From: an uncultured Acidobacteriota bacterium
GTDB taxonomy: Bacteria > Acidobacteriota > UBA6911 > RPQK01 > JAPXNP01
Reading direction: 5' to 3'
Length of the DNA stretch: 64,000 bases
Assembly: GCA_963777605.1 (NCBI GenBank)
Contig: CAVZRV010000007.1
Location: 224,001-288,000, forward strand
Below, piece by piece: positions 8,068 through 16,906 of the stretch; within the stretch, counting starts at the first letter, position 1; each line of letters starts with the position of its first letter. Below the pieces are notes generated by a model that saw nothing but the letters and a program-made list of their open reading frames with translations, made no database searches and had not been told where the DNA came from. The translations under genes and the position numbers were made by a program.

Positions 8068-9738
8068 TTACATCTTCTTCCAGTTGGGGCCTCCTCCACC
8101 TTCCGGAGGAGTCCACAAAATGACCTGGTAGGGATCGGAAATTTCGCACGCTTTGCAGTGAACACAATTGCTGAAGTTGACCTGAAGTCGGCTTTCCGGA
8201 CCGTCACCCTGGAATTCGTAGACCCCGGCCGGACAGAAGTGAATGCACGGATGCCCGAACTCCTCTCCGCAGCGACTGATGCAGACCGACGGATCCAGAA
8301 TCTTCAAATGCGATGGCTGATCTTCCTCGTGAGAGGTGTCGGCGTGAAACACCGAAGTCATCCGGTCAAACGTGATGACCCCGTCCGGGACGAGGGGAGG
8401 CTCCTCCACCGGATCGGCCGGAGCACCCATTCGGCGGTATCCTTCCTCGATCGGAAAAGGGTCCCTTATTCCCCTGCCCGCTGTCACCATCTGAATCGCA
8501 GCGTGACCCAAGCCTGCCCAGAATCCTCCCTGAAAAGCCTGGCGGAAATTCCGGACGGAATGCAACTCCTTGAATGCCCAAGACTCTTCGAACCGCGCCG
8601 AGTAGGAGGAAAGACACTCCCGGCTAAAGTCGTCTGCACGCAAGGCGTCAAAGATAGTCTCGGCTGCCAGCATGCCCGACTTCACGGCCAGGTGAATACC
8701 CTTGAGCCTCTGCGAATTCAGGAAACCAGCCGAATCCCCGATGATAATCAGGCCGTCTGCCCAGAGCCGGGGTATTGCCCAGAAACCTCCTTCAGGGATT
8801 GCCTTGGCTCCGTACGAAAGCAGCTTGGCTCCGTCGAGCCGTGACCGAATCGAAGGGTGCGATTTCCACCGCTGAAGCAGGCGGTGAGGGTCGGTACCGG
8901 GGTTCGGTGAGTCCAGACCGACCACGAACCCGAGCGCCATCACTCCCTCCGAGAGGGTGTAAAGGAAGCCCCCGCCGAAGTCTGATCGGTCCAAAGGGTA
9001 TCCCAGCGTGTGAAGGACCGCCCCAGGATCCACTCCACCGCTCGATTGCCAGAGTTCCTTAACCCCGACGGCGTAAATCTGGGGCTGGCACTTCTCCCGA
9101 AGGCCGAGTAGAGAGAAAGCCCGTCCCGCAAGGGTGCCCCGAGGTCCCTCTCCCAGCACCGTCACCTTGGCCCTGACCTCAATCCCCGGCTCAAAGTTGG
9201 CCTTTTGGTTCCCCTCCCGGTCGATTCCGCTATCGCCCGTTCGAACTCCCACGACCTTTCCTTCTTCGACCAGCAGTTCAACTGCCGGGAATCCCGGGTA
9301 AACGTCCACACCGAGAGATTCACAGCGTTCCGAGAGCCATCGCACGAGAACACCAAGGGATGCGACTTGCAATCCGTGATTGTTCAAAGGAGGAGGAGTC
9401 AGGGGAAGCCGCATTCCACCCGATTCCGTCAGGAAACAAACTTCGTCGTGACGGACCGGGCAGTCGTACGGGGGAGGCTCTTCGTCGGTCCCGCTCAACA
9501 GTTCGTTGAACGCGATCGGGTCGACTACGGCGCCGCTCAACGCGTGCCCGCCAACCTCCCGGCTCTTCTCGAGCACGAGAATCGTTGGGGAAAGCCGCTC
9601 TCCCAAAACGCCCCCGTCGTCAATCCCACGATTGTAGTCGCGAATCAGCCGGGCAAGATGGAAGGCCGTAGAAAGTCCCGCCGGACCGGCCCCGACGAGC
9701 ACTACATCAACCTCGAGGACTTCTCTCTGATCGCTCAC
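8068..9738 (-). CDS. Electron transfer flavoprotein:quinone oxidoreductase (with C-terminal 4Fe-4S domain)
   Basis: VGAGPAG FAD motif, HALSGA, GAKAIPEGG, GDSAGFLN, CPAGVY...NCVHCKAC, PEGGGGP. Confidence 0.93.
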   Translation of the reverse strand: MSDQREVLEVDVVLVGAGPAGLSTAFHLARLIRDYNRGIDDGGVLGERLSPTILVLEKSREVGGHALSGAVVDPIAFNELLSGTDEEPPPYDCPVRHDEVCFLTESGGMRLPLTPPPLNNHGLQVASLGVLVRWLSERCESLGVDVYPGFPAVELLVEEGKVVGVRTGDSGIDREGNQKANFEPGIEVRAKVTVLGEGPRGTLAGRAFSLLGLREKCQPQIYAVGVKELWQSSGGVDPGAVLHTLGYPLDRSDFGGGFLYTLSEGVMALGFVVGLDSPNPGTDPHRLLQRWKSHPSIRSRLDGAKLLSYGAKAIPEGGFWAIPRLWADGLIIIGDSAGFLNSQRLKGIHLAVKSGMLAAETIFDALRADDFSRECLSSYSARFEESWAFKELHSVRNFRQAFQGGFWAGLGHAAIQMVTAGRGIRDPFPIEEGYRRMGAPADPVEEPPLVPDGVITFDRMTSVFHADTSHEEDQPSHLKILDPSVCISRCGEEFGHPCIHFCPAGVYEFQGDGPESRLQVNFSNCVHCKACEISDPYQVILWTPPEGGGGPNWKKM

Positions 9739-9782
9739 GGGCGCTCGCTTTCTCGGAGAACAACCATTCGATCCCGGAACGG

Positions 9783-12700
9783 CTACTCGTCGGCAAGCCC
9801 GGGTCGCTCAAGATCGGGTAGAGCCTGCTCCACCACACGCGTGTTCCACGTCCTCAGGTACTCGCGCAGCACAGGATCATCCAGGAACGGAGAGTCCTGC
9901 GTGTAGGGATAGGACGCCATCCCGTGAAACGGCAACGGTCCAAGGAACTCGGGAGATGCCGAATTGGGATCCATGTCCTTGCCGAATCCGTCCACGTAGA
10001 CCAGGTAATCTCGCACCCACCCGTCAGGAAGCGGCGGCAACGCGGAGACATCGAACCGGGCGGCAATTTCGTCTCCGGAACGGGTTATCACGAAGCGGTT
10101 GTCCTGCGCTTCCAGCAGGGGCTTGACGTCGCCGAAACGGGTGTACGCACCAAGATGAACCTTCCACTCGGCCCGACTCTGTTCGTCGTAGGAATAGACG
10201 TTGGGCTTGCGCCCGTCCGGACTGGCAAACTTCGGGAACCCTTTGTAATGCAGATCTGCTGAACTCGCCTGCAGACGGTGCAGCCGGAAGTCCTGGTGAG
10301 GAGCACCACTTTCGACCAGGACCTGGTCCCAGTAGAGCTTCATGTTGGTCACGACTCTCACCTTGCGGGAGGCGGAAATGAATTTGCCCGACAGGTCAAC
10401 AGTCATCGTCTTGGGCAGACCCGCCGGAAAACCCATCCGTTCGATGGCCGTGACCCAGCGCCCCTGGGCATCCTGCACCTGCAGATAAGGGGGGATCAAC
10501 TCGACGCCGGCCTGCCAGGCGGCAAGTGTACTGGAACTGTCGGCATAGTCGATCCAGGCGTGCATTAATAACACGGCATAGTCGGCGCTGACGTCACCCA
10601 GATCGAGGACCACCTCATGGGTCTCCGTATACCCCTTGAAGGGAAGCGTATTCGCAACTTCTGGATAGATCCTGTCGATGTTGCGGATGGCCCCGAGGAT
10701 ATCTCGGCCCTTGCCGTCCACCGCGCTGACCGGAGGACGCGGAGCTTCCGCAGTAAAGATTCGGAAATCCTGGTAGGGCGGACCGGGGAGAAGCTTCTCG
10801 TCGGGGAAGATTTCGTAGTTCGCGGGGTGGTCAACCGCCACCAGTTCCAGCTGGTCGAAGAGGATCACCTCTTCGAGCTGGTTGTTCATGGTGATCGCGA
10901 CCTGGCCGTCCCGCAACTTCACGTCCGAGCGGTTCAACTTCACGTACTCGTTCGTGTCCGGGGTCTCGTAGATGCCGGGGGCCACCAGGTTGGCGTAGGC
11001 GCTGCCTCCCAGGAAATCGGTCTGGAACTGGTAGGACTTCCCGTTCCAGACGTACATGATCGGGCAGCTTGTGCCTTTCCGGTCAAGTTCCTGAATTTCC
11101 ACCAGTTGATTAGCAGGACGGTCGATTTCGGACTGGAGGACACCGTTCGGCCAGAGTATCCGGACCACATCCGCCTGGTTGTGTCGGCCGAGGCCGAAAT
11201 GCACGATGGGGGGGTTCTGGGTTAAGAATCCCTGCCCTCCGACCGTCTCCTGCTTCAGCCAGAGGCTCCCCGCCTTGATCTCCGCCTTGACGCCGATGCC
11301 GTACTTGTTGCTGTTGGTTCCGGTAATACGGACCGAGAACCAGTTGTTCCGATTGCCGCCATCGTTGCGAAGGAGCAACGGGCTGCCTCCATTCACGTTG
11401 ATCACGAAATCCAGATCTCCGTCGGAGTCGTAGTCCGCTATGCTCAGTCCGCGGATCGCCTTGCCAACCACCTTGTCGAGCCCGGTTGAGGAGGAGACAT
11501 CAGTGAACTTCCCGTCCCGATTCTCGTAAAGATAGAGATTCCGCTCCCGGCTCAACGAAGCCTCTTCTCCAAACAACGGTGCAACCAGAACCAGGACGTC
11601 AAGGTCGCCATCATTGTCAAAATCAAAGAACTGGGTATTAAGCGGGGCCACCTTCGACTGATAGGGGAAGGGCTCGCTCTGGAACCGATCATGGCCCTGG
11701 TTGATCAACAATGCACTGTCTGGAGTCTCTTCCGAGGTAATCCCCAAGTCCATGGAACCATCCCGATTCAAATCACCGACTGCAGCCGCAAGACTCTTTC
11801 CCGAACGGGTGAGTGCCTCGGCGGTCACAGACTTGAAGGATCCGTCCCTGAGGTTATTGAAAAGCTGATTGGGGGCATCGTGATTCACGAAATAGAAATC
11901 GATATCGCGAGAATTGTCGAGGTCGGAGGCGACAAAGGAGAGTGTTTTCAGCGCCTCGAGGCCTAGCCGGGACGGTTTCCCGACTTCTGTAAACGTCCCG
12001 TTGCCATTGTTCCTGTAAAGTCGATTAGCCGCCCCCTTAAGATCGTCCGGGAACTTCATCTCGCCAGTGAATTTCTCCGGCTGCACCGCGAAGTTGACGA
12101 CCAGGATGTCCAGATCACCGTCGTGATCGAAATCGACAAACCCTCCCCCCGTTCCCCAGGACGTGTCCCCTGTACCCGTGGCGGCGGTGACATCCTTGAA
12201 GGTTCCATTCTGCTGGTTCTTGTACAGCGCATTGGCGCCATAATTGACGAGGTAGAGATCGGCGTAGCCATCGTTGTCGTAGTCACCCCACAAGGCCTGC
12301 ATGGTCTTCCCGGCGTAGGTGACGCCCGACTTCCCGGTCCAGTCTTCGAAGGTGCCGTCTCCACGGCTTCTGAACAGTTCCCCCGTCACCTTGCCGGTCC
12401 CTGCATTCGCCAGGTAGAGATCCAGGTGGCCGTCATTGTCGAAGTCCGCAAAGCTGACACCGGAGCCGAGAGCCGGAACGACTTTATCCTCAAATTCGGA
12501 GAGTGACGAGAAGGTCCGCGGCGCCAACCCTGAACCGGCGTGGGTAAAGGCCAGGCCGGCCTGAGCCGCGACCTCGTCGAAGCTCACACGGATCGCAGGC
12601 GCCCCTTCCGGACGGTACCCTCCCAGAAGATGCGGGTTGATGTTGTCAATCGCAATCGCGTAGCTTCCCTGCTCGAGGTACTGAAGGCCGACCGTGGTAC

Positions 12701-13340
12701 TGCCAAACAACTCCTGCAGCCGGCGAAACTCGTCCATTTCGGTGCGACTGTCTTCTCTCTTACCGCTGCGGCCAAGTGCCTGTGCCAGATTGTAATGGGC
12801 CGAAGCGTTGTAAGGCTCGGTCTTGATGACCTGACGGAAGTAGTCGACCGCAACTCCGAACTCCCGGTCCCGCATATGAAGCCGACCAAGGTAGTAATTG
12901 GTGGACGGATCGTCCGGATCCTGCCGATTGACCGCCTGAAATGCTTCGATAGCGTTCTTGACATCGTCCTGGTTCCGGTAAATCAACCCCAGCACGTAGT
13001 GGGCGTGAATCTCATCAGGTTCCAGGGCCAGCGCCTTCTTCAGACTGTCCACTGACTGGTCATACTTCTGATCGTAGAAGAAAGCGATCCCCAAATTCAC
13101 CCAGGCCGGGACGAGGTCGGGATCAATCTTGAGGATTTGCTGAAACTGGGCCGTCGCATCTCTGAACTTGTACTGGTCCAGCAAGGCAACTCCCTTGTTG
13201 TTCAAGCGAACGATCTCTCGTGCCTGCTCTGGAGTGGGTGCGGCAGCAAGGGGTGTCAACCCCGTTGGGAGCAGACAACCAGCAGAAAAAAGGATCAGCA
13301 AACGCAATGATTTCGGGTTCAGTACCCTGGCCAGATTCAT
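9783..13340 (-). CDS. Secreted TPR + FG-GAP repeat + ASPIC/UnbV (CRTAC1-like) protein
   Basis: Signal peptide, N-terminal TPRs, repeated DFDNDGDLD Ca-binding motifs, SNKYGIG..HFGLG..WPNG ASPIC/UnbV region, long C-terminal domain starting at GTSCP. Confidence 0.88.
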   Translation of the reverse strand: MNLARVLNPKSLRLLILFSAGCLLPTGLTPLAAAPTPEQAREIVRLNNKGVALLDQYKFRDATAQFQQILKIDPDLVPAWVNLGIAFFYDQKYDQSVDSLKKALALEPDEIHAHYVLGLIYRNQDDVKNAIEAFQAVNRQDPDDPSTNYYLGRLHMRDREFGVAVDYFRQVIKTEPYNASAHYNLAQALGRSGKREDSRTEMDEFRRLQELFGSTTVGLQYLEQGSYAIAIDNINPHLLGGYRPEGAPAIRVSFDEVAAQAGLAFTHAGSGLAPRTFSSLSEFEDKVVPALGSGVSFADFDNDGHLDLYLANAGTGKVTGELFRSRGDGTFEDWTGKSGVTYAGKTMQALWGDYDNDGYADLYLVNYGANALYKNQQNGTFKDVTAATGTGDTSWGTGGGFVDFDHDGDLDILVVNFAVQPEKFTGEMKFPDDLKGAANRLYRNNGNGTFTEVGKPSRLGLEALKTLSFVASDLDNSRDIDFYFVNHDAPNQLFNNLRDGSFKSVTAEALTRSGKSLAAAVGDLNRDGSMDLGITSEETPDSALLINQGHDRFQSEPFPYQSKVAPLNTQFFDFDNDGDLDVLVLVAPLFGEEASLSRERNLYLYENRDGKFTDVSSSTGLDKVVGKAIRGLSIADYDSDGDLDFVINVNGGSPLLLRNDGGNRNNWFSVRITGTNSNKYGIGVKAEIKAGSLWLKQETVGGQGFLTQNPPIVHFGLGRHNQADVVRILWPNGVLQSEIDRPANQLVEIQELDRKGTSCPIMYVWNGKSYQFQTDFLGGSAYANLVAPGIYETPDTNEYVKLNRSDVKLRDGQVAITMNNQLEEVILFDQLELVAVDHPANYEIFPDEKLLPGPPYQDFRIFTAEAPRPPVSAVDGKGRDILGAIRNIDRIYPEVANTLPFKGYTETHEVVLDLGDVSADYAVLLMHAWIDYADSSSTLAAWQAGVELIPPYLQVQDAQGRWVTAIERMGFPAGLPKTMTVDLSGKFISASRKVRVVTNMKLYWDQVLVESGAPHQDFRLHRLQASSADLHYKGFPKFASPDGRKPNVYSYDEQSRAEWKVHLGAYTRFGDVKPLLEAQDNRFVITRSGDEIAARFDVSALPPLPDGWVRDYLVYVDGFGKDMDPNSASPEFLGPLPFHGMASYPYTQDSPFLDDPVLREYLRTWNTRVVEQALPDLERPGLADE

Positions 13341-13407
13341 AGGCGTTATTCTAACCCAACCGGCCCGAACACAGGGACCGGGCGGGGTTGCCGCCGGCAC
13401 GAGGATC

Positions 13408-14052
13408 TCATTCGTACGCGAACAGGTATTCCCGGTACCCGTTTCGAAGGTGGAACGAGTTGAAGACCCGGAAGTGCGGCATCAACCGGTTAAGGTCCGT
13501 CGCCTCGTACCTGGGACAGTCTTTCAGGACGGACGACTGCCGAAGGTACATCAGGTTCTCCCGATCGAGAATCTTGAAATGGTGAGGCGTTTCCGGGATG
13601 TGACGGTTGGTCGAAATCAGGCTGTACATGAAGGACCCGCGATGGACGTGCCTCGACAGGTGACGGATCAGGTGCCGAAACGCATCTTTCTCCAGGTAAT
13701 TGAAGAGGTCCCAGGTCAGTATGAAATCAAACCGCCATTCGGGTCGAAACGGCAACAGGTAGGAGAACACAGTTTCGTAGCTGAACCCATCCTCGGGAGC
13801 CAGAAAATCGAAGGAACTTAGAGCCTCAAAGAGATGCTCGATGTGCAGGCGGCACCGAAACTCCGAGAAGAACTCGACGTTCTGTCCGACTGGAGGTCCC
13901 AAGTCCAGGATAAGCTGCTTCCTGTCCTCTTTGAACTGGTGAAAGAGTACGTTGAGAGCCAGAGATTTCTGAATAGACGAGGGCTCGACCGCCTCGCCAG
14001 TGGGCGTATCTGGAGCCCTCGATCTATTCCACAATCGGGACCGTCCGGTCAT
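13408..14052 (-). CDS. Class I SAM-methyltransferase-like protein
   Basis: ILDLGP motif-I-like segment and FDFILTWDLFNYL motif; ATGA-coupled to bactofilin. Confidence 0.7.
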   Translation of the reverse strand: MTGRSRLWNRSRAPDTPTGEAVEPSSIQKSLALNVLFHQFKEDRKQLILDLGPPVGQNVEFFSEFRCRLHIEHLFEALSSFDFLAPEDGFSYETVFSYLLPFRPEWRFDFILTWDLFNYLEKDAFRHLIRHLSRHVHRGSFMYSLISTNRHIPETPHHFKILDRENLMYLRQSSVLKDCPRYEATDLNRLMPHFRVFNSFHLRNGYREYLFAYE

Positions 14053-14564
14053 GTCTTGGAAGGATGGTTAATTCTGACTCCAAGATCTCCCTGGACCCCG
14101 GACTTTCGCTCCGTCTTGTCTTTGTCAGGTCCCGGTACCGGTGCTCCTCCGCCGGAAGCGCGCTTCGACTCTGGTAGGCCTTCCATATCGATGGCACCCT
14201 TGAACTTGGCTCCATCCTCGAGCGTAACTCTGGGAGCCTGGAGATTCCCGTGTACAGTCCCCGACTGGCGCACGATGATCTTGTCTTCCCCGAAAAGATT
14301 CCCCTGGACCGTTCCTTCCACTGAAATCGTCTTGCCGTAAAGGTCCGCCTTGACCTGTCCGTTCTTGCCCACGGTAATGCTGTTGTTGCGCAAGACAACC
14401 TTACCTTCGACGTTTCCCTGAATCACCAGGTCCTCGTCTCCGGAGACATCTCCCTTGACGACCAGTGAGGATCCGATGATCGCCTGCTCACGGACAGGCT
14501 GGGGCCGAACGTTGGTAGCCGGGGGGGTCATCGCAGGCTGCTCGGATTCGTTTTTTTTCCACAT
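14049..14564 (-). CDS. Bactofilin (polymer-forming cytoskeletal protein)
   Basis: IGSSLVVKGDVSGDEDLVIQGNVEG...LEDGAKFKGAIDM beta-helix repeats. Confidence 0.93.
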   Translation of the reverse strand: MWKKNESEQPAMTPPATNVRPQPVREQAIIGSSLVVKGDVSGDEDLVIQGNVEGKVVLRNNSITVGKNGQVKADLYGKTISVEGTVQGNLFGEDKIIVRQSGTVHGNLQAPRVTLEDGAKFKGAIDMEGLPESKRASGGGAPVPGPDKDKTERKSGVQGDLGVRINHPSKT

Positions 14565-14682
14565 AGTTGAGGTTCTCCCGTTGGATTTGTGTTCTCTTTC
14601 TATAGCTAAGAATGCGGCAAGTCAAGAAACGGAACCTCGCGTTTCGGAGACCGTCTTCCCCACTTGCTTCCTCCCCCAGGAA

Positions 14683-15360
14683 TCATGAACCAGGCTCCAC
14701 GTAAGGGATCGGATCCTGCAGCCCTGCCCGGGCAAAACCCCGAAGTCTGAGCAGGCAACTGTCACACCGACCGCAAGCATTCTCTTCAGATGTGTAGCAG
14801 GACCAGGTCAAGTGCAGGGGTGCGCCCATCTTCGTCCCCTGGCTCACGATCTGTCCCTTGTCCCACTCGATCAGCGGGGTGACGATCTCGACCCGGGATG
14901 CGGGCCGGGTTCCCTGCCGGATCACTTCGTTGAATGCGTCGAAGAAAACCTGGCGACAGTCCGGATAGCCCGAACTGTCCTCCTCCACCGCACCAATGTA
15001 TATCTGGCCGGCTCCGATTGCTTCCGCCCAACTGGTGGCAATCGCCAGCAGGTTGGCATTTCGAAAGGGGACGTAGGAGACGGGGATCCCAACCCGGTCC
15101 ACTTCGCCCTTCGGCAACTCGATTGAACGATCGGTCAGAGCGGAACCGCCAATCTCGCGCAGATAGGAAATATCGACTACGAGTCTGCGCGTTACACCAT
15201 AGTGGTCGGCGATGGCGTGAAAAGCCCGCCTCTCCCGTTCCTCCGTCCTTTGGCCGTAGGAGACGTGCAGGAAGGCAAGTTCACTTGCCGATCCGGCCGC
15301 TATCGCTGCCGTCACACAACTGTCCAACCCTCCGCTTACGAGACAGACCGCAATAGGCAT
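14683..15360 (-). CDS. queC: 7-cyano-7-deazaguanine synthase
   Basis: SGGLDS, YGQR, YVPFRN, GYPDCR, TWSCY...CGRCDSC. Confidence 0.96.
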   Translation of the reverse strand: MPIAVCLVSGGLDSCVTAAIAAGSASELAFLHVSYGQRTEERERRAFHAIADHYGVTRRLVVDISYLREIGGSALTDRSIELPKGEVDRVGIPVSYVPFRNANLLAIATSWAEAIGAGQIYIGAVEEDSSGYPDCRQVFFDAFNEVIRQGTRPASRVEIVTPLIEWDKGQIVSQGTKMGAPLHLTWSCYTSEENACGRCDSCLLRLRGFARAGLQDPIPYVEPGS

Positions 15361-15428
15361 GCTGTGATTCTAACAGGCAGAGTCACGCGGATTTGCCTTT
15401 AATCCGCCTCTCGTCAAAAATAGCCCGA

Positions 15429-15740
15429 ATGCGAAAGCGTCTGCTGATCATGCTGGCGGTCATCACCGCCCTGGGGATCACCGGCCTGGTCCTGCTCAGG
15501 AGCCACGCGGTCGAAATCGTCAATGCCGTCGTTGAGAATGCGGTGATCCAGAAGGCCCCAGACGGTTACCCGACCGACCGAATACGGGAAGCGTTTGACA
15601 GCAGCCTTCGCACCGCCCAGCAGGATGGCACGACCCAGCAGCACCTGGATCAGCTCAAAGCCCTTTCCCATCGAGTAGAAAAAGTGCAGAGGCTTGACAG
15701 CGAAGAAGTCGACGAAATGATCGAACGTCTGAAACCATGA
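15429..15740 (+). CDS. Small N-terminally membrane-anchored hypothetical protein
   Basis: MRKRLL + hydrophobic helix, then helical polar domain; fills the gap divergent from queC. Confidence 0.6.
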   Translation: MRKRLLIMLAVITALGITGLVLLRSHAVEIVNAVVENAVIQKAPDGYPTDRIREAFDSSLRTAQQDGTTQQHLDQLKALSHRVEKVQRLDSEEVDEMIERLKP

Positions 15741-15765
15741 TAACCATCTGTGCTACCATTGCTTT

Positions 15766-16902
15766 GTGCTCTGTCCCCGTTGCCAGATAGAGGTTACCGA
15801 CGGTCAGTGTCCCTCGTGTGGAATTGTCTGGGACGCAGACTACCAACCCGAATCCTCACCCGAGACCGGCCCGGAAAAGGCAGTCATCGGAGGGGAGGCG
15901 TTTGCCGTTGGGTTCGAAATGCTCGAATCACGAAGCCCCGAAAACCCTTCGCCTCCCGGGTGGCGAGAAGAGCTGAAACGTCGGCTCGAAAAGCACTCGT
16001 CGAAAAGCAAGGACGGCCCGAGCGAAGACCCCGCCGCAAAATCTCTTGACCCGACCGAAGGGACCCCTGCGGAGAACGTCCACTCTTCCGGCCCGACCGC
16101 CGAGGAGCCTGAGGCGAAAACCACGCCGCCGACAGAGAGCGCCGAGGAGCCTGCTCCCAAGATTTTCGATTATCGGCTCAAGAAGCCCGTTCAACCTCGA
16201 ACACCACTTCCCAACCCGGTCCGTCACAAGGATCCTGTGCGGGTGACTTCTCGCCCCAAGAGGGAATCGTCGACTGAACCGGCACTGAACCGGCAATTGG
16301 TCCGTGACGGGGAGGAAGCGCTGCCGCCGAAATCCATGCAGCGAGACCGTCCCCTCTCCATCCCCCGGCAGGGAAGGCTCAACCTGGAACCGGGACCTTC
16401 CTCGCGCCCCGAAAAGGAGCCGGTTCCGCCCGAAACCATGAAGGTATCGCCGGTCCGAATGCGTCGTATCTCTCGGGAGATCCTCTTCTCCCGTTTTCTT
16501 GCCGGGGTCGTGGACCTGACCCTCCCCCTTGCGCTGGGAGTGGCTTTTTCCCTCGTGGCCGCCTGGAGTATCGGGTCCGATTTCTTCTCGCCCGATTCAA
16601 TTCGTTCCGCCGTGCTCTTGTCGCTCGGGTTCTACCTGTTCAACTCAAGCTTCTTCCTGCTGCTTGCGGGCCAGACTCCCGGAATGTATGTCGCCCAGCT
16701 CGCGCTGGTCTCGGAAGATGGCTCTCGCGACATCCCCGTGGCGTCGACCATCTTGAGAGTGCTACTGTTCATTCCGTCCGCATTGAGTGTGATCGGTCTT
16801 ATCTGGGGCACTTTCGATTCCCGGTGCCGCTGTCTCCATGACGTCCTCTCGGGGACACGAATCGCCCCCTTGGCGGAAGCGATCGAAGACGCCTCGAGTT
16901 GA
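15766..16902 (+). CDS. RDD family membrane protein with N-terminal zinc ribbon and long disordered linker
   Basis: CPRC..CPSC; SRFLAGVVD, GQTPG, LHDVLSGT RDD motifs. Confidence 0.85.
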   Translation: MLCPRCQIEVTDGQCPSCGIVWDADYQPESSPETGPEKAVIGGEAFAVGFEMLESRSPENPSPPGWREELKRRLEKHSSKSKDGPSEDPAAKSLDPTEGTPAENVHSSGPTAEEPEAKTTPPTESAEEPAPKIFDYRLKKPVQPRTPLPNPVRHKDPVRVTSRPKRESSTEPALNRQLVRDGEEALPPKSMQRDRPLSIPRQGRLNLEPGPSSRPEKEPVPPETMKVSPVRMRRISREILFSRFLAGVVDLTLPLALGVAFSLVAAWSIGSDFFSPDSIRSAVLLSLGFYLFNSSFFLLLAGQTPGMYVAQLALVSEDGSRDIPVASTILRVLLFIPSALSVIGLIWGTFDSRCRCLHDVLSGTRIAPLAEAIEDASS

Positions 16903-16906
16903 AATT

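Noticed and set aside
15361-15428. preQ1 riboswitch before queC, and TPP riboswitch before thiL
   Set aside because: queC appears leaderless (no room); thiL starts 2 nt after nrdR; no aptamer motifs seen
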